Positions 27,522-36,436 of a DNA stretch of 64,000 nt are shown piece by piece. This DNA is from Escherichia phage vB_EcoM_IME392. Under the pieces are notes generated by a model. The model worked only from the letters and a program-made list of their open reading frames with translations, was not told where the DNA came from and ran no database searches. How positions within the stretch are numbered: position 1 is the first letter of the stretch; each line of letters starts with the position of its first letter. The translations under genes were made by a program, and so were the position numbers. The stretch lies in sequence record MH719082.1; one strand, given 5' to 3'.

Positions 27522-28064
27522 TTAGACGCTCGCCTCAGGCACTTTAACAGCCTTTGGACGTGTAAAAAGAGCGGGATTATACCATTCTGGGGTACGATAG
27601 AAAGAGATCTTACGACCCTCTTTCTTCCAGAAGTAGAATTTATCGTTGAGGTAGTTACGGTACTTCTCGTAGACTGTCTCACCAGGAGCACCTGATACAC
27701 ATGCATACGGAGTCATATCGGTCTCTGGACCTACTACCAGATTTTTAGGTAGTGCCACAAGACGGGATAAAATTTCTTCGGTTGCATGGAGCCGTCCGGT
27801 ACGTTCAAAGAATAGCATGCATAAATAGCTTGCCAAGTCACGAACGAAGTTGTAGTTACCTGACGATTCACGAACCCACTTAGCACACGGATGATTAACA
27901 TGCGTCTGCTTATAAATACCCTCGATAGCGTTTTCGCCATCCAGAACATGATGAGCAGTAGATAATAACTGAGCACACTCAATAATCATTTTATTCTGGT
28001 GCATAGGCATACAGTGGTCCATAGCACATTCTAACGCATCTTCGTGAGTACGGAAAATATTCAC
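27522..28064 (-). CDS. Hypothetical protein (His/Cys-containing; function unknown)
   Basis: 180-aa ORF with a GTG start per the ORF track and GGAGTA RBS. The last 17 codons (...TRPKAVKVPEASV) are encoded by motif copy 13. Confidence 0.5.
   Translation of the reverse strand: MNIFRTHEDALECAMDHCMPMHQNKMIIECAQLLSTAHHVLDGENAIEGIYKQTHVNHPCAKWVRESSGNYNFVRDLASYLCMLFFERTGRLHATEEILSRLVALPKNLVVGPETDMTPYACVSGAPGETVYEKYRNYLNDKFYFWKKEGRKISFYRTPEWYNPALFTRPKAVKVPEASV
27542..27574 (-). promoter_or_regulatory. Conserved bipartite intergenic motif, copy 13 (embedded in the 3' end of CDS 27522..28064)
   Basis: CTTTAACAGCCTTTggacgtgtAAAAAGAGCGG. Confidence 0.35.
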
Positions 28065-28146
28065 AATAATTACTCCTAACGTGGTTGCTTACTTTAAGTC
28101 TCTCGTGAAAGATTTAGAGTAAGCATCGGAGGAATTACCTCCGACA

Positions 28147-28179
28147 CTTTAACAGCCTTTCGACGGCACAAAAGAGCGG
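28147..28179 (-). promoter_or_regulatory. Conserved bipartite intergenic motif, copy 14
   Basis: CTTTAACAGCCTTTcgacggcacAAAAGAGCGG, followed on the minus strand by the hairpin TCGGAGG-taatt-CCTCCGA, then the RBS and start of gene 27522..28064. Confidence 0.4.
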
Positions 28180-28181
28180 TT

Positions 28182-28343
28182 TTAAATTTTACATGCATCT
28201 CCGCAGTCGTCGTCACCAGGCTGGCTGATAACTTCGTCTACGTTAACCATGCGATCTTCTACACGACGAGATGCCTCGTCTAATTCTTCCTGAGATGGGA
28301 GATTGGAGAAATCCAATTCTTCACCAGATTTATTGCCTGACAT
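28182..28343 (-). CDS. Small highly acidic protein (candidate DNA-mimic-type anti-restriction factor; speculative)
   Basis: ORF track 28182..28388; ATG at 28343 preceded by GGAG gives a 53-aa product MSGNKSGEELDFSNLPSQEELDEASRRVEDRMVNVDEVISQPGDDDCGDACKI with about 15 Asp/Glu against 5 Lys/Arg. Confidence 0.35.
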   Translation of the reverse strand: MSGNKSGEELDFSNLPSQEELDEASRRVEDRMVNVDEVISQPGDDDCGDACKI

Positions 28344-28812
28344 AATCACTCCACACGTTAATAACTTCTTTACCACAGGATTTAGCATAGGCTACACAGT
28401 TACCTGTGCCACCCGAACTACCATCCCATAGGGCTAATCCCATCTGACTACGGTTAACCATGTATCGGTTACGCACCATCATCTTGAAGGAATCATACCC
28501 AGGCTCGGACACTATAATTGTGCGACGACTTTTTCTGCATAGCTCAGTCCATTTTTCTGTATCTGCAGATCGCCACATTTTGGGTTGGTCAATCATAGGG
28601 ATTGTTGCAAAGTATGGTATTCCGAGATTGGCACATGCCTGAGCACATGCCATATCCCATCCTAACGCCATACCTATAAACCAGCAGTCCACGCTATTCT
28701 TAGCTGTAAGCTCCTGGATGTGATGTTCGGCAAACTGGGTAAGATGATCATGGCTAAAGTTATCCCATCCACCCAGCTTATCTGGCCTATGACCAGTCAC
28801 GAACATAAACAT
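28330..28812 (-). CDS. Hypothetical protein (possible Rossmann-like nucleotide-binding fold)
   Basis: 160-aa ORF with several Cys and a Gly-rich segment DGSSGGTGNCVAYAKSCGKEV; family unassigned. Confidence 0.4.
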   Translation of the reverse strand: MFMFVTGHRPDKLGGWDNFSHDHLTQFAEHHIQELTAKNSVDCWFIGMALGWDMACAQACANLGIPYFATIPMIDQPKMWRSADTEKWTELCRKSRRTIIVSEPGYDSFKMMVRNRYMVNRSQMGLALWDGSSGGTGNCVAYAKSCGKEVINVWSDYVRQ

Positions 28813-29153
28813 TACTTCTTGCCCATCTTAGCCTGCATAGCACGGACGGTATCCATGGCGCTGGCCAATTTGGCTGAAGTATCCTGCGGACCATCTTCTT
28901 CTAGCTGTTTCTTAAGGGACTCCATACGATCAGTAGTACCCTTAGTATCCATCTCGATTAATTCGTTGATGGTCGAACCACCCACGTTAGGTAACTTACC
29001 CAGCTGAGTAAGATCCTTAACTTCTGGGATTTTAACATGAAGTTGAATAGACTGGGATGCTCTCGCGAACGACCCAGCACGACGATTGTCTCCTACCTTA
29101 TTGTACAGGGAAGATAGGTTACCCAGGAACGTAATGATATCAGCAGTTTTCAT
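28812..29153 (-). CDS. Helix-hairpin-helix-type DNA-binding protein (putative)
   Basis: ORF track 28812..29195 (TTG start); ATG at 29153 (MKTADIITFLGNL...) is preceded by GGAGGA. HhH-like segment DLTQLGKLPNVGGSTINELIE. Confidence 0.4.
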   Translation of the reverse strand: MKTADIITFLGNLSSLYNKVGDNRRAGSFARASQSIQLHVKIPEVKDLTQLGKLPNVGGSTINELIEMDTKGTTDRMESLKKQLEEDGPQDTSAKLASAMDTVRAMQAKMGKK

Positions 29154-29171
29154 ATTTGATTCCTCCAACAA

Positions 29172-29203
29172 GTTAACAGCCTTTCGACCGTACAAAAGAG
29201 CGG
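29172..29203 (-). promoter_or_regulatory. Conserved bipartite intergenic motif, copy 15
   Basis: GTTAACAGCCTTTcgaccgtacAAAAGAGCGG, directly upstream of the GGAGGA RBS of gene 28812..29153; this is the last copy before the strand switch. Confidence 0.45.
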
Positions 29204-29349
29204 TTTTTACTCAAAAAGACTCTTAAAATTATGTTTTCGAGCTTTACAGGACGCCCCTGCGGTCTAAAGATAGGCCTCAAAAGGGTGTTTTTGTGAAGGT
29301 TGTCCGAGGCCCGTCCGTGACGTCTTCAATTATAAACAGGAGAAATACA

Positions 29350-29823
29350 ATGGGCGAGTTAGCTAAGCAAAACTTAAGTACTATTCAAAAGGGTCTTTCC
29401 TTAGTTAATTCGGAGGGCTCTGAATCCGTAAACGTTAAAGCCCTACAAGGTAAAGAAATAGGCTTACAGATTCTTCAGTTAGGTCTGGCAGAATCCGAGG
29501 CTAACCGAGTAGCAAAGCTTAACGGGATTATAGAGATCCTGGAAAAGAAAATATTCGATCCTGAGCGATTAGATAGACTTACCGAGAAGGAGCAGATCGA
29601 GAGATATCAGCTGGCCTTAGCTAGCGCATCTCAATCGGCAGCATTCGTTAAATCGACCATCGGCTCGATTAACTGGACAGCTATCGAAGTTTCTCTCTTA
29701 AGTCTGGCATCCGCCATTGAGACAGCCAACGAAGGTCAGTCTCCTAAGGATCGTAAAGACATGTCTACTATTGCCAATAACTTGATTAAGCAGTTGGCAG
29801 AAGGCATTGGTCCTAAGGGGTAA
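29350..29823 (+). CDS. Putative terminase small subunit
   Basis: 157-aa product (ATG 29350, RBS AGGAGAAAT), immediately upstream of the large terminase with a 3-nt gap; first gene of the plus-strand late block. Assigned by position and size only. Confidence 0.35.
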   Translation: MGELAKQNLSTIQKGLSLVNSEGSESVNVKALQGKEIGLQILQLGLAESEANRVAKLNGIIEILEKKIFDPERLDRLTEKEQIERYQLALASASQSAAFVKSTIGSINWTAIEVSLLSLASAIETANEGQSPKDRKDMSTIANNLIKQLAEGIGPKG

Positions 29824-29826
29824 GCC

Positions 29827-31653
29827 ATGGCTGATGCATTAGATGAGTTTATTGAAGCATGTGGCTCTAGACTCGAAGCTATGCATCAGTTAGCATTGAT
29901 GAGTGGCTACGAGGAGCGGGTTCCAACGATCCAAGAGTTCGTAATGGATCCATACTACCTGGGTAAGTCCTTGGTAGATGCTGATGGTGTCTGCTCGGTC
30001 TATCCTATTTGGATGGATGCTCTGGCTAAGATTTATCCTACTCCGTACACTTCACCAGCCGTAGAGATTTATCTCACTGGTGGTATCGGTCTTGGTAAGT
30101 CTACTGCTGCTAAGATTATCACTCTCTATGACTTGTGCAAATTGCTATGTCTTAGAGATCCTCGTGCACATTTTAAACTTCTGCCATCCACAGTAATTCG
30201 CTGGATGCTGATGAACGCCACTAAAGGTCTGTCCTACGATGTACTCTATGCAGAGATCATCGAGTGGATAGAGAATAGCCCATTCTTCAAAGGTAAGATG
30301 ACTGGTGGTAAGAATCCTCGTACTCTGTTCATTAAGAACGTAGACTTAGGATTCGGTTCTCGTGGTCAAGATGCTCTGGGTCAGGCTACCGTAGGTGCCA
30401 TCTTCTCAGAGATAAACGACATGACCGTAGTTCACGGTCAAGCAGAAGATAACTTTGATACCATCTATACTCGTATGAACTCTCGTTTCGGGGGTAAAGG
30501 GGTAGAGATGATTGGCCACTTGATTCTGGACTCTTCGAATAAGGGAAACCGTTCCTTTATCGATGTTCGTCTAGAGGATAAGGCCAAGAAAGGAATTCAC
30601 GACTATCTGTTATTCAGATACGCTCACTGGGAAGCTAAATGGCACCTCGGCGGGTATTCTGGGGAAATGTTCTACGTCTATGCTGGTGACCAGTATCGAG
30701 ATCCGTTTATCTTCGATGAGAATACTCTCAAGATTAAAGACGGTCTGGAGCCATCTCGTATTATCTCTGTACCTGTTGAACATAGACAGGAATTCGAGAC
30801 TAACATTGTTAAGTCTCTTAGGGATCTTGCAGGTGTGTCCACATTCGGTACATGGTCGTTCATCTCGTCCTACGAGGTGCTTAACCGAGCTGCTGATCAC
30901 ATTAACCCTACTGAATCTAACGTGGTGGTTCTGGACTTCTTCGATAAGGAGCAGACTCTTCACCAGACTATAGATATTCCTAGACTTGCCTTCCTTAATA
31001 AGAAGGATAGGTTCATCCATATTGACTTGGGTCTTAAGAACGACTCAACTGGTATAGCCTGTTCCTATCTCGATGGTTATGTTGACCAAGAGACTTACGA
31101 TCCTCTAACCAGTACGCGCATGGTTACTCGTGAACCTAAGATCGTTACTGAGTGGGCGTTAGAAATTACCTGCCAGCCTGGTCAGGAAGTTCCTATCTAC
31201 AAGATTAAGAACTTCTTAATAGAAGCATCTCAGCAGGGTTACCCAATTAAAATGGTAACCACCGATGGATACCAATCCACTAACTTACGTCAGGATTTAA
31301 CTCTGGCTGGGTTCGAGACTGCTCTGCTATCTGTTGACCGGACTAAAGATCCATATAACTACTTAAGGAACTCGATTCTCGAAGGTCGCAGCACTATTCC
31401 AGCTGTACCTAAGTTGATCAAAGAACTTAAGGAGCTAGAGGAAGGCGAAGGTAAATTCGACCATCCACCAGATGGCTCTAAGGATATCGCGGATGCCGTA
31501 TGTGGATCCCAATGGTCTGTTAAGGAGAATATCCATAAGATCGGGTCTACTGCTACGGTTGAAGATCTTCAAGTTGCACTCCACGAACTTAATAAGTCTA
31601 GGGATGCGAAGGAGATGTTTCGGAACATTATTAAGCAACGAGTGGGTGGCTAA
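29827..31653 (+). CDS. Terminase large subunit (ATPase plus nuclease)
   Basis: 608 aa. Walker A YLTGGIGLGKST near the N-terminus; size and position match gp17-type large terminases. Confidence 0.8.
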   Translation: MADALDEFIEACGSRLEAMHQLALMSGYEERVPTIQEFVMDPYYLGKSLVDADGVCSVYPIWMDALAKIYPTPYTSPAVEIYLTGGIGLGKSTAAKIITLYDLCKLLCLRDPRAHFKLLPSTVIRWMLMNATKGLSYDVLYAEIIEWIENSPFFKGKMTGGKNPRTLFIKNVDLGFGSRGQDALGQATVGAIFSEINDMTVVHGQAEDNFDTIYTRMNSRFGGKGVEMIGHLILDSSNKGNRSFIDVRLEDKAKKGIHDYLLFRYAHWEAKWHLGGYSGEMFYVYAGDQYRDPFIFDENTLKIKDGLEPSRIISVPVEHRQEFETNIVKSLRDLAGVSTFGTWSFISSYEVLNRAADHINPTESNVVVLDFFDKEQTLHQTIDIPRLAFLNKKDRFIHIDLGLKNDSTGIACSYLDGYVDQETYDPLTSTRMVTREPKIVTEWALEITCQPGQEVPIYKIKNFLIEASQQGYPIKMVTTDGYQSTNLRQDLTLAGFETALLSVDRTKDPYNYLRNSILEGRSTIPAVPKLIKELKELEEGEGKFDHPPDGSKDIADAVCGSQWSVKENIHKIGSTATVEDLQVALHELNKSRDAKEMFRNIIKQRVGG

Positions 31654-33231
31654 ATGGCAGAAAACGAAGTGGTCTCTAAGCAAGACTTAGATGACAAACC
31701 TGGTTCTCGCCAGGAGGTCTTAGCAAAGTTGCTAGACGATACCATCACTATGAAGCATAGTGATGGATTGTTGGGCACGGTACAGGCTTACCTTACCGAT
31801 CGCCTTACCAATATGGTAACCACTCGTGAAAAGTATTTCAACGAGCTGGCGAGATTTCGCTATAACTATATCACAGCTGGTATCTATGATATCATCTGCA
31901 ATGACGTGCTCACCAATACGGATGATGGTGGATTCGTCATAGAGATTGAAGGTGATGAAGAACTGACTCAGGAGGCGAACGAGCTAATTAAGGCTCTGGC
32001 CATCCCGGACTTCCTCACCTCCATTTTGCCGGAGTTACTGCACTATGGATCATACCCCTTAAGACCGTCACTGGAAGATGGCGAGGGATTGATTGGGTTG
32101 GTGGATGATTTTGATCCGCGTGATGTTATCGCAGTAACTGATTCATCCGGCCTTCCTATTTTCTTCTTCGTGAATTACACGACTAAAGATGCTGGGTACA
32201 TAGACTATGAGTCTCGTCAGAAGATGGAGTATCTAGGTCCTCAAGAGGTATCTTACCTCTCTCTGGATCAGAACTTCATTAAGCTGCCGATTCCCGATAA
32301 AGTCACTGCCCAGATGAAGCGTAAAATTACGGAAGAGTTGGGTGAAGACGAACCTATGGCTAAGCTCATGGGTAAGTCGATTAAAATTCGTTCGTCCTTG
32401 TCATTCTTATGGGGATCTCTGGATAAGCTCAAGAATATCTTGATGCTGGATAAGGTTAACGTCTATAAGACGCTGGCTAACCTCCTGAGTCCGTCTGTAA
32501 TCGGTGTTCCTCTCCCGAATAATAACGACATTAAGCAGATGAAGTCTATAGTCAACGACTATGACCAAATCATTAACAGTACTAACCTGTTTGCTGCTGA
32601 TATGAGTAACCTCCAGTTTAACCTGCAGGATATTGTATCAGTTAAAGTCGTTCCTATCTCTGGAGATCGGTCTGTACCTCAGATCCTGGATACTGGTAAG
32701 TCGGATAACACTATCGATCCAGAGAAGATCAGATCCGAGTTAGAGGTTCTGTTACAGTCCTATGGTATTCCTCTGGAATTATTCCTCGGAAGCCTTTCCT
32801 CTAAGGATAACCTAAGGACGAATATTCGTTATGCTAAGAAGATCAAGCGCATCGGTAAGAGCCTGTGTAAATGGCTGCAATATCTGCTGCTGTTACACTT
32901 CGGCTTTAAATACGAGAATCTGGATCTCGAGTTATCTGAAATTAAGGTAACACTGAAGTCCTCTATTAACGTAGATGCTCTTGAGAATATGGAGACTCAA
33001 GATCTTCTTATCACAAGTATTAATGGTATGACTGGGATGCTGGATTCTCTGAAGAACGAGATCGAGAACTCCAATTATACTATTGATAACGATGCTCTGC
33101 TTAAGGTAGTCGCGGATACTCTCGCAGACATAGGCTCTCCGTTCCACGGAGTAATTAAGCTTAAGTCCGAGGTCCCTATAACCCAGCAGACTCCTCCTGC
33201 TCCCCCAGAAGATGGTGAAGAGAATGAATAA
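31654..33231 (+). CDS. Portal protein (putative)
   Basis: 525 aa, start overlapping the terminase stop (TAAATG), highly acidic C-terminus; assigned by the terminase-portal-scaffold-capsid gene order. Confidence 0.55.
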   Translation: MAENEVVSKQDLDDKPGSRQEVLAKLLDDTITMKHSDGLLGTVQAYLTDRLTNMVTTREKYFNELARFRYNYITAGIYDIICNDVLTNTDDGGFVIEIEGDEELTQEANELIKALAIPDFLTSILPELLHYGSYPLRPSLEDGEGLIGLVDDFDPRDVIAVTDSSGLPIFFFVNYTTKDAGYIDYESRQKMEYLGPQEVSYLSLDQNFIKLPIPDKVTAQMKRKITEELGEDEPMAKLMGKSIKIRSSLSFLWGSLDKLKNILMLDKVNVYKTLANLLSPSVIGVPLPNNNDIKQMKSIVNDYDQIINSTNLFAADMSNLQFNLQDIVSVKVVPISGDRSVPQILDTGKSDNTIDPEKIRSELEVLLQSYGIPLELFLGSLSSKDNLRTNIRYAKKIKRIGKSLCKWLQYLLLLHFGFKYENLDLELSEIKVTLKSSINVDALENMETQDLLITSINGMTGMLDSLKNEIENSNYTIDNDALLKVVADTLADIGSPFHGVIKLKSEVPITQQTPPAPPEDGEENE

Positions 33232-33478
33232 ATCTGAGCTGCTTATGCAAGCTGTTGATGAGTCTGCTGCTACTACGTACACGCTGACTCGCCTTGCAAA
33301 AGATAACAGCGATACCGTAAATGGTGTGCTGGATAACTTCCTCCGTGACGTGCAGATCCACGATGCTGGCGCTACTGCATCTACCGATGACAATGGCGAT
33401 CTCACAGTAACTACTCGCCTCGGCGATGGTCTGACTTATATCATGGAAAAGTACGGCTTCAGCTACACTAAGTCGTAA
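33224..33478 (+). CDS. Hypothetical small head-module protein
   Basis: ATG at 33224 overlapping the portal stop; 84 aa. Confidence 0.4.
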   Translation: MNKSELLMQAVDESAATTYTLTRLAKDNSDTVNGVLDNFLRDVQIHDAGATASTDDNGDLTVTTRLGDGLTYIMEKYGFSYTKS

Positions 33479-33490
33479 TAAGGAACCGCT

Positions 33491-34927
33491 ATGGAAGTCG
33501 TAGACTCAGTCAATGCTGTTGACTTAGTTGAGGTATCCGAGGCAGTCCAATTCGACGTAGTTGAAAACGCATCCGAAGTTGATGGAAAATACGTCCTAGC
33601 GAAAGCTGTAGGTCCTGCGTTCTTTCCTGGTCAAACCTCTGGTAATAAAGTTTATTACCCCGAGGCGCTCTGGGAAAAAGTGCTGGCCGATGGGGACGTT
33701 AATTCCCGGCTGCAAAACCGTACCATGTTTGGTACGATTGGTCACGACATTGAGGATATCAATGACGAGGTCATCCGTCGAGGCGAACTGTCTCATATCG
33801 TAACTAAACTTTTTGTAGATGATGCTGGTGTAGGTCGAGCTGAGTATCTGGTGGTCAATACCCCGACTGGTCAGATTCTCAACACGCTACTCCGAGCAGG
33901 CTCTAAGCTGCGGGTGTCTACAAAGGCTAAGGGAGCGTTGTCCCATCCAGATGAGAATGGGGTCAAAACTCTCAGAAGCTACTATCTTAAAAGGATAGAC
34001 TTCGTACTTACCCCAGGATTCGAGCAGGCACTGCCCGAAGTAGCAGAGTCTCTGAACAAAATCCGTAACCAACTACCAGATCCCGTCGAGGAGAGTAAAA
34101 TGGAACAGAACGAATTCATTGAGCACCTTAAGACTGAGAACGCTCAGCTGAAGGCTCAGGTTGATGAATCCAAGCAGGCCAATACGGTCCTGAAAACTCA
34201 GCTGGATGAAGCGAAGACCCAACTGGCTACCGCTACCGCCCAGCTGGCTGAAGTTAACGAGTCCCTGGCTAAATACCAGACTCTGGGTACCTTCGAGCAG
34301 GTAGACGAAGCACTGACTAAAGGTGCGGAAACTATCACCACTCTGAAAGAGTCTCTGAACGAGGCTATCGAAGAGTCTGCTCACGACGTCCACGATCTGG
34401 AAGTCGTAGAAGAAGCTCTGGAGAAATACAAAGAGCTGGGTACTCCTGAAGAGATCTCCGAAGCTATCGCCACCCTGAATGGCTTGATCGAAGAGAAAGA
34501 GACCCAGGTCTGCGAATCTCTGGCCAAGAAATTCAAACGCAGCCCGAGCATGATTAAAACCATGCAGACTGCGCTGGGTGGCCTGGATAAAGTCGAAGAA
34601 GCTCTGGTAGCTGAAGCTGCCGAACTGGGCATCAAAATCGACGAATCCGACGATGGCGAAGATAAAGGCGACGGTAAAGACGATAAGGGTGATGACAAAT
34701 CCGACAAGAAAGATGGTGGGGATGACAAAGGCGACGATGCCGATGAATCCAAGAAAACTCCGTCTAAAGTCGAAGAGTCCCTGAATCGTGTAAATCGCCT
34801 GGGATCTCTGATGTCTACCAAACAGATCCGCACCAATCTGATTAATACCCAGAAAGTTGACGAGTCTGCTGGTAAAACTGCCGACGCGCCTCAATCTCGT
34901 GCCGGTAAACTGATGTCTCGTCGATAA
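33491..34927 (+). CDS. Prohead scaffold protein with N-terminal protease-like domain (putative protease-scaffold fusion)
   Basis: 478 aa. N-terminal globular part of about 190 aa, then a long heptad-rich coiled-coil (LKAQVDESKQANTVLKTQLDEAKTQLATATAQLAEV) and an acidic/lysine-rich tail (DGEDKGDGKDDKGDDKSDKKDGGDDKGDD); directly upstream of the major capsid gene. Confidence 0.5.
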   Translation: MEVVDSVNAVDLVEVSEAVQFDVVENASEVDGKYVLAKAVGPAFFPGQTSGNKVYYPEALWEKVLADGDVNSRLQNRTMFGTIGHDIEDINDEVIRRGELSHIVTKLFVDDAGVGRAEYLVVNTPTGQILNTLLRAGSKLRVSTKAKGALSHPDENGVKTLRSYYLKRIDFVLTPGFEQALPEVAESLNKIRNQLPDPVEESKMEQNEFIEHLKTENAQLKAQVDESKQANTVLKTQLDEAKTQLATATAQLAEVNESLAKYQTLGTFEQVDEALTKGAETITTLKESLNEAIEESAHDVHDLEVVEEALEKYKELGTPEEISEAIATLNGLIEEKETQVCESLAKKFKRSPSMIKTMQTALGGLDKVEEALVAEAAELGIKIDESDDGEDKGDGKDDKGDDKSDKKDGGDDKGDDADESKKTPSKVEESLNRVNRLGSLMSTKQIRTNLINTQKVDESAGKTADAPQSRAGKLMSRR

Positions 34928-34982
34928 CAGACTCAGTATCCGTAAGTGTAATTTGACTTTCCATGATTAAGGACTAATTTTC

Positions 34983-36410
34983 ATGACTAAGCAGAATATC
35001 GTGCTGTCTAACGTCGACGAGGCCTCCGCAGATGTAATGGCTAACGCCTACTTCGACAAATACAGCGAGCAAATGGATGCATACGCATCTAACTCCATCC
35101 TGGCGCGTGTTAACGAAAGCCTGTCTCCGTTCGAAATGATCGCAGTCGGCCAGACTCTGGACCAGTACCAGGGTTACCAGAAGTACGTCAACGAATCCAT
35201 GAGTGGCCTGGCATCTATGGGTGCTATTCCGGCAATCGCTCTGGACGTTATTACCGCATCTGTCGGTAACTCAATCCTGCCTCTGATCTGCTCTATCCAG
35301 CCGATCCCTGAAGAGCATGGTATTGTTTACTACCGTCAGATCAAAGCATCCCAGACCTCCGGCGGTTACAACGCAGGCGACGTGATCCGTGATCCGCTGT
35401 CTCGTGATAATCCTGGCGAAGGTACCCTGGGTGCCCAGCGTCGTCAGCAGGTAATCGGCACCGGTAACGGCACCGAAACTAACTTCGCTGCTACTCTGGA
35501 ACTGTATCCTGTTCGTCCGAACATGGTCTTCGTCAACATCCCTGGTGTTGGTAATGGTCAGGACGACGGTAACGGTAAGATCCTGGGCTTCGGCTTCGAT
35601 GGTACCATCAACTACAAAACTGGCGCGATCACTATCGCAGCTAAAGCAGCTGTTCCTAACACTGCTCAGGTTGCTGTTCGCTTCGACGTTGATGTTGATC
35701 TGCTGGATAACCTGGATAAAATCCAGGCTGGTCTGATCTCCAAAGATATCCGTGCGGAAATCTGGACCCTGGCTGCTGATATCGGCACCTTCGCTAACTT
35801 CGCCTTCCAGAATCGCTTCGGCCGTTCTGCAGAAGACGAAGTCGCATCCGACCTGTCCAACGAAATCACTAACGTCCTGAACGTTCGTGCTATCAAACAG
35901 ATCGCTGCGATGGCTATCGGAGAAACTATCTGGGATCAGACTCCTCCGGCTGGTGTTTCCTACGCTGAGCACAAACTGACTCTGGTTGATACCTTTGCTC
36001 GTGCTGAATCCGTGTTGCACAACAACGCTGGTGTAGGCTCTGTGAACCGTATCATCTGCGGTCGCTCTGCTGCTGCGGTATTCCGTGGTATGCCTGAGTT
36101 CACCCCAGCAGGTCAGTCTGTCGGTACTTCCGTATCTCTGTACGGCTTCTACGACGGCGTGCCGGTAATTCGTGCAACTGGTGTTATCGAAGATAACGCT
36201 GCGTATCTGATCTGCAACCCGGACGGTTACTTCAACTGCCCGCTGGCATACTCTCCGTTCATGCCGCTGATCGTTACCGATACCATCCAGAACCCGAACA
36301 ACCCGTTCCGTGGTACTAAAGCTGCTGGCGTTTGGGCGGGTATGACCCAGCTGAACCCGAACCTGGTAACCAAACTGACCTTCAAACTGGCTAACTTCTC
36401 TGGTAGCTAA
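34983..36410 (+). CDS. Major capsid protein
   Basis: 475 aa, AAGGA RBS. Strongly biased E. coli-type high-expression codon usage (ctg, cgt, ggt, aac, ccg), follows the scaffold gene, and is followed by a strong terminator. Confidence 0.7.
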   Translation: MTKQNIVLSNVDEASADVMANAYFDKYSEQMDAYASNSILARVNESLSPFEMIAVGQTLDQYQGYQKYVNESMSGLASMGAIPAIALDVITASVGNSILPLICSIQPIPEEHGIVYYRQIKASQTSGGYNAGDVIRDPLSRDNPGEGTLGAQRRQQVIGTGNGTETNFAATLELYPVRPNMVFVNIPGVGNGQDDGNGKILGFGFDGTINYKTGAITIAAKAAVPNTAQVAVRFDVDVDLLDNLDKIQAGLISKDIRAEIWTLAADIGTFANFAFQNRFGRSAEDEVASDLSNEITNVLNVRAIKQIAAMAIGETIWDQTPPAGVSYAEHKLTLVDTFARAESVLHNNAGVGSVNRIICGRSAAAVFRGMPEFTPAGQSVGTSVSLYGFYDGVPVIRATGVIEDNAAYLICNPDGYFNCPLAYSPFMPLIVTDTIQNPNNPFRGTKAAGVWAGMTQLNPNLVTKLTFKLANFSGS

Positions 36411-36436
36411 GATTTGATGCGTTAAGTTGGCATTAG

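Noticed and set aside
27458-27982. Two 82-aa minus-strand ORFs (27458..27706 and 27734..27982) overlapping gene 27522..28064
   Set aside because: Out-of-frame overlaps with the longer ORF, which has an RBS; the first also runs through the tandem motif copies.
1683-29203. The repeated bipartite motif as a CRISPR array or tandem-repeat toxin-antitoxin RNA
   Set aside because: Copies are dispersed over 27 kb at gene boundaries with irregular spacing and no unique spacers between regularly spaced repeats; no cas or toxin gene is adjacent.
1683-29203. The repeated motif as a rho-independent terminator
   Set aside because: The two blocks form only an imperfect stem with a bulge and are not consistently followed by a U-run on the transcribed minus strand. 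Separate canonical GC-stem plus U-run terminators lie next to several copies, sometimes upstream and sometimes downstream of the motif.
29300-29349. T4-type late promoter (TATAAATA) upstream of the first late gene
   Set aside because: Only an approximate match (ATTATAAAC), overlapping the RBS region, and no similar element recurs upstream of other late genes; not enough to call.
34073-34894. Long minus-strand ORFs (273 aa and 151 aa) antisense to the scaffold gene
   Set aside because: Low-complexity, Ser/Phe/Leu-rich translations mirroring the charged repeat of the plus-strand gene; no RBS; opposite to the orientation of the whole late module. Shadow ORFs.
35271-36020. 249-aa minus-strand ORF antisense to the major capsid gene
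   Set aside because: Lies entirely inside a strongly codon-biased plus-strand gene; the long open frame is a by-product of that bias.
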